This document shows, piece after piece, positions 11,098 through 20,854 of a stretch of DNA of 25,855 nt. Location: assembly GCA_043228905.1 (NCBI GenBank), contig JBHGNT010000434.1, positions 1 to 25,855 on the forward strand, read 5' to 3'. Made by a program: the position numbers and the translations under genes. The stretch comes from Azolla caroliniana (lineage: Eukaryota > Plantae > Polypodiophyta). Position 1 is the first letter of the stretch. Each line of letters begins with the position of its first letter. The notes beneath the pieces are model-generated. The model did no database searches and was not told the origin of the DNA. It saw only the letters and a list, made by a program, of their open reading frames with translations.

Positions 11098-12235
11098 TTA
11101 AAGGGACCCACCTATATTATAGTGTAACAGTAATATTGTATTTAACTGTTAGAAAAAGAAGAAGAAGATAGTGACGTTATTAAAAGGACTGGATGCATGC
11201 ACAAACTACTAGAGAAAGAACACGCGGCACCACGATGGCACACAGGCCAATGAACCCTAGGCCACAAAAAGAGGAAAGCAAAAGTTTTCTGCACGGTGCA
11301 GAAAATATTCTTCAGTCCTTAACCCTCCTCTCTTTCGTCGCTCTCCTCACTCACCCAACTCCCCATCCTACCACAGAGCCTGCGCCCGCCATAGCCAGCA
11401 AACATCATCCACTAACCACGAATCTCCTCCACCTACGATGCCGATCACTATTTCCGCCGCCTTGCGCATATGGCTTCTCAAAAAGAGACTGGATGGATAA
11501 ATCAAAGTCACCGAGGCACTTGCTCACCCTAAACCCTTGAAATTGCCAGGAAGCTCAACATAGGCACAGTCACCAACACTACCATCCAGAAGAAGCTTGA
11601 CTTATCATCGATTGGGGAGAAACATTTCGACATCCCTCCTGCGGAAACCCTATAGGGATATTTCAGGGCATATTCGGTGTCCGCCAAAACATACAGGACA
11701 AAGGAAATCCCCGACCCCTTCTTTCGAGAAATAGCCAAGTTCTTGTTGGAGGTAGGCCACCTGCACGTAAATGCCTATGGGATGCCAAAGCTGAAGGCAG
11801 GCATTATCATTGACACCTTTGAAGGGCGTGTGGTCGATTGAGGGGTAATTACGGGACCAGCTTTACAGGAAGGCCTGCACGTGTATCAGGGTGGCAAAAA
11901 GCTAAGGCCAATCATACAACAGTATCTGACGATACTATTTCCACCCCGAGTTCTGCCCGCACCACAGCCCAGCAAACCCACGCCACCACCACATTCCGAG
12001 AAACGGAGGTTAGCGGAGTTGGCTACCACAGAATGGGATGGTAAACCACAATCTTCCCAGCCCCGCACGCAAACAACACAAGGAGAACGGTTGGCAAGCA
12101 AGGAGGAAGCTCCACATGACCAAGAAGTCGAACAACGCCAAGAAAGCCCGAGGCCAAAACGGCGTAGGCTAGACCAGAAATATGGGTGCAGACTAGTCAA
12201 AGACACAACCGCGGACATAGACAAAACCGCAGAAA

Positions 12236-12912
12236 CAGACACGACCGCCTTGGTCGATAGTTACACAACTACGGAGCCCAACACCACTTTCGAAATAATC
12301 CGGGAACCACGGCCGATCATTACGGCCCAGTCGCAGCGTGGGACAGGTGTACTCACGGCGAAAAGCAAAGTCCTAAAGTACCAGGACATTCCGAATACAG
12401 CCCATGAGTTCAGTGCGCTACTACAATTTGGAACAACTTACGAACTCATGGATGTTTTGGCAGACACGACCACCTTGGTTGACAGTTACGCAACTACGGA
12501 GCCCAACACCACTTTCGAAATAATCCAGGAACCACGGACGATCATTACGGCCCAGTCGCAGCGTGGGAAAGGTGTACTCACGGCGGAAAGCGAAGTCCTA
12601 AAGTACCTGGACATTCCGGATACAGTCCATGAGTCCAGTGCGCTACTACAATTTGGAACAACTTACGAACTCATGGAATTTTTGGCAGACACGTCCGCCT
12701 TGGTTGACAGTTACGCAACTACAGAGCCCAACACCACTTTCAAAATAATCCGGGAACCACGGCCGATCATTACGGCCCAGTCGCAGCGTGGGAAATGTGT
12801 ACTCACGGCGGAAAGCGAAGTCCTAAAGTACCCGGACATTCCGGATACAACCCATGAGTTTAGTGCACTACTACAATTTGGAACAACTTACAAACTCATG
12901 GAATTTTTGGCA
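12236..12912 (+). repeat. 3 x 225-bp (75-codon) in-frame tandem repeat
   Basis: Units start CAGACACG at 12236, 12461 and 12686; peptide DTTALVDSY...LQFGTTYELM repeated three times. Confidence 0.93.
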
Positions 12913-14129
12913 ACACAGCAAATTAAGGTATCACAAAGAATGGCGAAGGAGCACGCAAAACAACAGATGATTGAGTGTGCGCTCACACAAACAACGGAAA
13001 GTGAGGATGAAGGGTCTCTAGCCAAGGTAGGCAAGCAACAGAATGTGGGGATTTGACATATGGGCATTGAACTACCTCCACTGAATGCGGCCCTGGTTGA
13101 GGTACATTGGGAATTGGCTAGAGTGAGTGTGGGGGCCAAGGATATGGCTAGCAAGAATAAAAACATGTGGAAAACAGCCAAGTTGACTCAAGCCCAATTA
13201 CAGAAGGGCCAAGAGCGCTTTACAAAGCTCGAACAGAGCGTTACTAGGGCACCGCAAAATCCTGAACCAACAGCGGGTGAGGACCCCTCGATAACCCTAC
13301 AAGAGGAGATAGCCGCACAACAGGCCTTCGCTGCTAAAGCAAAAAGGGCTACACAGCTTGCGAAGTCCGAGATTGACTGCCTCCGCTTCGAACTCCGCCA
13401 ATCCTCCGACAAAGAAAAGGACATACGGGCCAAAGGCCGAAAGGCAATGAAGGCACTCGAAGCGGAGGTAGCAAGCACACCCGCATGAAAGAAGAAAACA
13501 CCAAACTACAGGAGGAAGCCCAAAAGTTGGAAGCCGCGATCACAGGACTCCAGGAGTTATTGGAAAAGAAGAAAGTGTGGTACGACAAGCAGCTCATATG
13601 AGAGCAGGAGGTGAGGCATCAGGTCAAAGTTCACCTGAACAATGAAATGGGCCAGCTGGAGGAATTACACTTGAAAGAATCCCAGATATGGGCAAGGATG
13701 AAGAACCATTATGAGGAAGCGGTTGTGGTTAATAAGCATGAAATCGAAAACCTCAAAAAAACCCTGGAAGAAGCGCACAACCGTTGCCAAGTCATAACGA
13801 ACAACGTGCGCATACTTCTTCAAACAAATCGGGAGAGGTTTACGGCGCAATTACAAGCAACGGTAGACAAAGGCTGGATGGCGTGGGCAACACAAGCGGC
13901 GAGTTGCATACCTACTGGGCGGACTGGGAAAACCGTAGAAAAGAAGGCCGAGGTTTCTACAAGCTCAATGAGGAAGGCATTGCGGCAGTACGCGAGGAAC
14001 AAACACAGGATTATCGCACGCTAGCGGACCAACACTCCGAGGAACTTGCGCAGCTTCTGGACGATTTCAGCGAAAGTCAGGACGATATGTTTCACCGAAT
14101 CATGGAAGCAAGCAGCATGCGGCAAAGAG

Positions 14130-14321
14130 CGGAGCCCATCACGATACCAGAAAGTGAAACCGTAGAACAACAGGAACCTCAACCCAATTCTCCGGAGATG
14201 ACAACTATGGTAAGCAACACACGTCTAAGAACGGAGCCCATCGTGATACCAGAAAGTGATACCGTTGAACAGGAGGAACCTCAGCCCAATTCACTGGAGA
14301 TAACAATTACGGTCGGCAACA
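14130..14321 (+). repeat. 2 x ~102-bp in-frame repeat (EPI.IPES.TVEQ.EPQPNS)
   Basis: CGGAGCCCATC at 14130 and 14232, with matching downstream sequence. Confidence 0.8.
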
Positions 14322-14568
14322 CTGAGGAAGTTACGGATAGGACAGAGCCTCAACCTACCGAGAGCCCGCAGACGGAAGAGCCAGCCATAGTAGAACGGAA
14401 TGAGCCAATAGAGCTGGGTCCGCCCACGTAGGGAGAAGTTTACGCCATGGAAACCCCCATGACGACCGAGGAAGTACAAGATAGGCAACTGAGCAATGAC
14501 GCTCCTACGGGCACTGCATCGTCCTCGAACCAGTACGTAGGAGCGGAGCCAAACATCCGGGATATTTT

Positions 14569-14590
14569 GGAGGAAGAATAGAGGGATGGG
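14569..14590 (+). other. Polypurine tract of the Gypsy element
   Basis: GGAGGAAGAATAGAGGGATGGG, two bases before TGAT at 14593. Confidence 0.65.
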
Positions 14591-14592
14591 TC

Positions 14593-14688
14593 TGATGTGC
14601 CATGGCACTGTCCCACAGGCGTGCCAGGTGTTGTCCAATGGAATCGTAACCGACGGACAGAAGCGCAAAAATATTATAATGTAGTAAA
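14593..14688 (+). mobile_element. 5' part of the Gypsy 3' LTR, interrupted by the DNA transposon
   Basis: TG start just after the PPT; ends in TAAA (14685-14688), which is repeated at 23994-23997. Confidence 0.6.
14685..14688 (+). other. Target-site duplication TAAA (left)
   Basis: gtagTAAA|AACACG...CGTGTT|TAAAgcg. The A/T run allows a slightly different register, but this one gives a perfect 4-bp duplication. Confidence 0.75.
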
Positions 14689-14724
14689 AACACGTTCGCG
14701 TTCACAAGTGGAAGGATTGCGCAT
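14689..14724 (+). repeat. Terminal inverted repeat (methyltransferase-side end)
   Basis: AACACGTTCGCGTTCACAAGTGGAAGGATTGCGCAT. Confidence 0.92.
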
Positions 14725-15056
14725 TCCACTTGTAGAATCTTCTTAAAACGAAGCAAATACACCCTCTCTACAATAATTGGATGCACTAGTATCACATGTT
14801 CCTCAACTTGATAAGAATTTGCAAATATAAAAATACATGATAGATCTACGAGTGGAGATCATTAGAAATCATGCAAGTTTAGACATGTTGATAAGTTAAT
14901 GTATCTAAATAAAGTTCAACTATGGCTCAATATGGCACTATTGTGCGACAAGGGAAACACTAACTTAAAGACTTATATTAATTAGGTAGGTTTTACAAAA
15001 TTATGAGGTGTACTTGTATCCATACTAATAAAATGAGATATAATTTATACTTTGAG

Positions 15057-15341
15057 CCATACGTGCATGTATGTAATTGTCGAAAATGTAGGATAGTGCA
15101 CATTAGGATAAGTGATTGGAATAACTAACTTATTAAAGTATTCAATACTTATATTAAAAGTTGATCTAATCTATTCCTCAGTTTGTTCATATGGGATCAA
15201 ACCATATGTGTATATAATTGTGCACAATGTAAGGCAGTGAACTTTAGGATAATGTCGTGGAAATAACAAACCTATTAGGCTTTCATACCTATATTTAAAA
15301 TTGATCTACTCTATTGCTTAGGTGATTCACACAAGATCAAA
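15057..15341 (+). repeat. Degenerate ~145-bp tandem duplication in the subterminal region
   Basis: 15057-15201 and 15202-15341 share collinear blocks: ccata, taattgt, aatgta, ttaggataa, aataac, ttgatcta.tctatt, gatcaaa. Confidence 0.7.
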
Positions 15342-15736
15342 CTCCGAACGATAACGCAACTGGAACCATTATCAACACACTACACAATCTAAGCAGCAAT
15401 GGAATAGAAACTAGACCTGTTTTAACAATATAAGACAAAGATCCATAATAACAACATGGACAGTCATGGCAATAATTATAGGGCCATGTTCTGTTAAGGT
15501 TAGCTTGGACCAAAATCAGCCTCCATTTAAGCTAGTTCATGTTTCTCCATAAGTTTGGTAGTCAGCTATGCACGCGGTGAAACCAATATCATAAATCTAC
15601 TAATGAGGTATATAAAAATAAAATTGAAACATATAGATGATTATAAAGAATAGAATCCACTAGGTAAAACCCAAAATTTGTATTAATAATGTGAAATCTT
15701 AACAAATCGTCAGTGTCATATTCTTTATAGAGTCTA

Positions 15737-18700
15737 TTACATAGCAATCAATTCATCTACGTCATTTTCTTCATCATCTTGTGTAGAACTGTCTTCGGCT
15801 ATACGTGCATTGGTTTCCCCTGTTAGCCGGGCCAACGAAATATCTTCTATAAGCTCATCATCAAGCTCTATTAGCTCTCCCGGTTCGCCGGCTAACGGAG
15901 GAATAGGCTCTCGCGAAGCGGGTTGAAACCTTTCTGTATTGGCGAGGTTCTTTGCACCGACCTCCTCATCCTGGTCTGGGCACTCCCACAAAGCCTTAAT
16001 CCGCATATTAATAAATATAACTTGGTCCTCGTCCTTCTCCAATGCAACTGTATTCCTAAACAGCTTCAATGCACATGCTGACGTAGTTCCTGTGATGTAA
16101 GTAACAAGAAGATTTAGTTGTCAAACGAAAAAAAAGGGATTGGTTATCTCAAGATCGTTACCCTAGTTCGAGGAATACCTGTGCCAGAAAAGAGATCTAA
16201 TATCCAGTCTCCTTCGACAGAAAACATCTCGATCAAGCGCATCATAAGTCGTTGAGGTTTTTGGTATGGGTTGACAAGTCCCCGTTCTGTCGTGGTGACA
16301 TGTCGCAATTTCCGAGTCACTGCTGGATATACCAACAGATTTGAACCTCCCACTTCATTAGAATGCTCTTTGATTCTCTGTTTTTTAATTTCATCGAAGT
16401 AGCCAACCGTTATGTATTCAATGGCATTAACGAACCGAAAAGTTGGCCCTCTATTTACATTGGTCTTGATCCTATAAAAAATAATTCATCGAGTTAAAAA
16501 TAGATTCAACAACCTTAAGAATTGCAATATAATGAAAGACACCTATAAATAATCCTTACCATGCAAGGTTCTCGATGCCATGGCAACGAGATCTCAAAGC
16601 TTGAGCTACCGAGTACCCTTGGTCCATACTATGAAAGACAACTATTCGCCACAAGGATGCGGTCGTTAGCTCAGCGAAATCCTTGACCATCTTCTCCAAT
16701 TGTTTAAACCTAAACGGTTCATCGTCGTATGATGACCCAGCCATTCGAAATCCGTAAGGAATATCCGCAATCATTAGCGTATATTCCTTCTTTGGCACCT
16801 TCTGGATCAAGTCGATGACATCACCGCAAACCACATTGTAGTAAAGATCTCTCGTAATATCTTTCTTGTGGCTAAATTTTTTAAACGAGCCATCTTCCTC
16901 CATTTCGTACGCCTTGACTAAGCGACGATCCTTTTCTTTTCTAGCTCGCTCGAGATGTGCAAGGAAGGATGTAGGGAAATCGTGTATATCCTTAACTTCT
17001 CCTTGTTTCTTGCCTCGACACGGTTTCTAATAGAAGCAATAGGACATCAGGTATTATTACGCAACCTCTACATATGATGAAAGGGTAATGAAAAAATATC
17101 AATACTAACCCAATCCTTGAATGCAATAAAATACTCTGATAACGCCTCGGTCACTTGTTCCCAAGTTATACATCCAAGTTGTTTCATCATTACTTCTTGG
17201 ATCTTCATGTACACCTTATGACTGTAAAATTAGAAATCAAGATTAGAACTTTGAATTACACCAGATAGACTACAATTTCAGTATTTGAAAGACTTACTTA
17301 TTGAACTCGGTGACCATTTCTTCAAGGCTTAAATCTTTCGCCACAACCCTTGACAAAACGGACACAAGAAGCTGCTCGTCCTTAATACCTTGCATCGCTC
17401 TCCATAGAGACAGCTTCATGTCGTCTGCCGCTTCTTCAATTGTCAAGTCAATTCTCTTGGCGGCTTGTGACTTTAATTCTAGTTGAGGGTCAACCCTACA
17501 TTTCTTTTGTCGTTGACCCTTTACCTCCTTATTCTCCCACATTGAGAAGATTTGATCTTGGAGGTCCCATACTTCTCCATCTCTAAACGCCAATTGAAAC
17601 CAAGATTCATACTTTCGAAGACCATCGGACCTAACATTATCATCTACCACAATGCCGACTTCATGCAGACATTGACGTCGAAGGCCTGGATGTAACTTCA
17701 CACCAAACTTTTGTTTCACATCTAAATACTCGTGGTGGAAGAACCGGATTCGCTCAATAGACGACATTTTCTGCCTATAGTCATTATCATTATTATGGTC
17801 CCATGCCAACAGCTTAGCCTCTTCGGTTGTGAGCCCAACATATATTTTGCACTCGGCATACTTGAAGAAGAAAGTGGTTGGATGTTCTCTGACAAGTTGT
17901 CGACGTGCCTCTGCTGAATGCGATCCACCAATGACAAAATAATTATATTGATCATGCTTTCTAATATCAAAATCTTCAATGGTTTCACATTCTTCAGGAT
18001 CCACCATAACAATAAAAGGCACCACTGTGGCATGAGGATTAATTTTCATTTTTTTCTTGAGATTTTGAACATGCATGCGATGAGGCTCTCTAATCTCAAG
18101 TGGTCTTCGACCTGTTTTTTCATCAATAGGGGGCCGATGGATGTGTGTTATAGGCAAATTAAATACTTGCCCTTTCCTGACCAGCTTCCGTTTCATTAAC
18201 TCTCTTCTTATTTTATTCTGCTCGGATGACAAAACACCCGAGGCCAGCTCGGCTCCTGGCGTCCCCTTATTATCCTCTTCTTCATTGTCACTTGTCGAAT
18301 CCGTATCCGACATTTTCGTTGTCTTCTTCTTGGCTGGTCTTGACTGGACTTTGGATACCTTTTTAGTGGCCTTCAAGTGGGAGGGCTCTTCATCTCGTAG
18401 AGTTACATGGCCTTGTATATAAGGCCTCAAGGTAACAATCAGGTTTTGTGAGTTATCAAGTGCTTTTTTGAACACTTCAGGCCCACAAGATTCCTTTACT
18501 AAAAGGTCTTCTGAAAGGAACACTTTGCGTACCCCCTTGGAGCACTCTATCATTACCAGTATGTTGGCCGAATCTGCATCTTCGTAGTCAAATCGTAGAA
18601 TTCGGCCATACATAAATGGAGTTTCTTTTCCTAGCTGCCCCTCACCCTTCTTCTTTGATGTATACAATACGACTTTTTTCTTTGAGTCGATATATTGCAT

Positions 18701-20031
18701 ACACCATTCCTTGTCCGTTAGATCTCGGTCAGGAAGGTCTTCGCCTCCAGTAGCGGCGACAATTTTCTTTTGGCTTACATCACTATGGGGCTGAGATTTT
18801 GTCTCTTCGTTAAATAGAAGCTTTTTTCCTCTCTTTATGGACTCCGGAGTTACCTTGGTCTGGGCTTCGATTGGAGAACCTTGTATGCGAAGCTTAATTT
18901 TCTTCACGGGTCGGTCTGACAGATTCTCAAACGACCTATTTAAGAAAGTATCCACCATAACATAAGTTAGACAGTTACGTAGATTAAAGTTGTTATTATA
19001 ATGAAGAACAGTTTCTAGGAGCAGTAACATATTCAAAAATCTATTGTAGGCATGGCTATTCAACCTAGAAAATATATATCGTAATAAGTAAAACGGGTTA
19101 TATATTCTTTTAAATAGTAGATATGACTTATATAGATTCTAAACCTATATTGATGAGAATTTGCCATATTGAATGCAATTTGTAGATCATTTTCTACTAT
19201 TTTAAGCTAAAGTAGGTCAAAAAACACCTATAATTAGAGCTTGTATTTGTTTAGAAGTAAGTAAACTCAACATAGAAAGACTGATTTTGACAGACAATTT
19301 GATAACATTTCCACCCCGTAAACGATTTTTCTCTCTCAAAGGCTACACTTTAAACACGAACTCGATACGCCGTATCGAGTTCGTGTTTAAAACCTATACT
19401 TTAAACACGAACTCGATACGGCGTATCGAGTTCGTGTTTAAAACTGACCTTTTAAACACGAACTCGATACGGCGTATCGAGTTCGTGTTTAAAACTTACC
19501 TTTTAAACACGATCTCGATACGCCGTATCGAGTTCGTGTTTAAAGTATAGGTTTTAAACACGAACTCGATACGGCGTATCGAGTTCTTGTTTAAAAGGTA
19601 AGTTTTAAACACGAACTCGATACGCCGTATCGAGTTCGTGTTTAAAGTATAGGTTTTAAACACGAACTCGATACGCCGTATCGAGTTCGTGTTTAAAGTA
19701 AAGGTTTTAAACACGAACTCGATACGCCGTATCGAGTTCGTGTTTAAAACTGACCTTTTAAACACGAACTCGATACGGCGTATCGAGTTCGTGTTTAAAA
19801 CCTTTACTTTAAACACGAACTCGATACGGCGTATCGAGTTCGTGTATACAATACAAATATTTACACACGAACTCGATACGCCGTATCGAGTTCGTGTATA
19901 AATATTTGTATTGTATACATGAACTCGATACGCCGTATCGAGTTTTTCGGGAAACGAAACATATTTACAAAAATGTCCACAGTGTCAGAGGCCTACCTGG
20001 ACTCCTCGCGCTCGACTCTCTTGGAAGACAT
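15737..20031 (-). CDS. Six-exon, ~965-aa ParB/Srx-like domain plus beta-class N6-adenine/N4-cytosine DNA methyltransferase fusion
   Basis: Predicted exons 20031-19997, 18935-17298, 17221-17110, 17026-16560, 16471-16179, 16089-15737 = 2,898 nt, one open frame, all GT-AG. ParB-like segment IREPHRMHVQNLKKKM...VPFIVMV...YFVIGGSHSAEARRQL...AECKIY. MTase motifs in beta order: VVCGDVIDLI, LMIADIPYG (motif IV), WIKTN, NPYQKPQRLMMRLIEMFS, WILDLFSGTGTT (motif I), RNTVALEKD. Exon 1 and the exon 2 acceptor are the least certain parts. Confidence 0.85.
19349..19944. repeat. Tandem array of 12 palindromic units in intron 1 of the ParB-methyltransferase gene
   Basis: Centres at 19370, 19421, 19472, 19523, 19574, 19625, 19676, 19727, 19778, 19829, 19881, 19933. 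Confidence 0.97.
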
Positions 20032-20084
20032 GGTTGATCGTGTTGTGTGGAGGCGGAGATCGCGCTTTCGTGCTTTGTGCCTTG

Positions 20085-20147
20085 AGTGCTCTGTGTGCTC
20101 TGTGTGCTCTGAGTGCTCTGAGTGCTCTGTATGCTCTGTACGCTCTG
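20085..20147 (-). repeat. 7 x 9-bp tandem repeat in the predicted 5' UTR (mirror of 4047-4109)
   Basis: Repeated (a/t)gtgctctg units on the + strand. Confidence 0.9.
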
Positions 20148-20173
20148 GTGAGTGAAATATGATGAGGTCTTCC

Positions 20174-20181
20174 TATTTATA
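20174..20181 (-). promoter_or_regulatory. TATA box of the ParB-methyltransferase gene
   Basis: TATTTATA on the + strand = TATAAATA on the - strand, 150 bp upstream of the ATG at 20031. Confidence 0.65.
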
Positions 20182-20854
20182 GGGATTGAACCCATGGTTA
20201 AAGTAACCATAGTTATCTTAACCAATGTTGGTAACTTTGAGGATAGTTAGTTTGTAACCATAGTCACATTAACTATAGTAACTTATGATTGTATTAATGA
20301 TTACAAAGTCAAACTAATATATTGATCAATCTTTTATACTCATAACAACCTACAATCACTTCAAAGGTTATGAAGGAGACAATGATAGAGGTTCATGAAT
20401 GTACCAATGATTGATTACTAAAAGCAAAAATTTTTATGACTCTCAATAGTTATGTATTAAAGATGTGGGCATGAATTAACCAATGATTGATAAGTCTAAT
20501 AATTAAAATGGTGAGCCTTAAAGAATCAATGAGTGAGACGTTCTATATCAAAATGGGTGTCATTAATTAGCCAATGATTTTAACATTAATCCAACATATT
20601 CAAGGCTTGTTAATGATTAGTTTTATATTTTACTTGATTTAACATCATTTAGATCTAGTTTATATAATGATTGATAATTTAAGTTAAATTACTTTATTAA
20701 AAATAATTTTTAGATGTATTGTATTTTAATAGAATATTACATAATATAGACATTCTATTGATTTGGCTTTTGTTTAGAGAGAAGTTTATGTTTAGGGAGG
20801 AGTATATGGTTAGAGAGGAGTATAACTTAGAGAGCCCTATCTAGACCTTAAGCC

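Larger units (their letters stand above)
11470..14431 (+). pseudogene. Disrupted extra ORF downstream of integrase (low-complexity/coiled-coil protein, function unknown)
   Basis: Chain of + strand fragments (11881-13056, 13060-13488, 13611-14024, 13784-14431) broken by stops and frameshifts; E/K/Q/A-rich helical segments. Start position is approximate. Confidence 0.6.
8171..14688 (+). mobile_element. Degenerate, 5'-truncated Ty3/Gypsy LTR retrotransposon (non-chromovirus type with a long extra 3' ORF)
   Basis: Domain order protease-RT-RNase H-integrase, followed by an extra ORF, a PPT and the LTR start; many stops and frameshifts. Confidence 0.9.

Noticed and set aside
8171-14688. Gypsy element inserted into the left transposon copy
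   Set aside because: No LTR, gag or TSD at 8171, and the sequence after the Gypsy is the terminus of the opposite-orientation copy, not the continuation of the left copy.
15737-19063. Bacterial contamination, restriction-modification or parABS operon
   Set aside because: Five spliceosomal introns, a TATA box, no ParA or restriction nuclease, and embedding in plant-type LTR retrotransposons.
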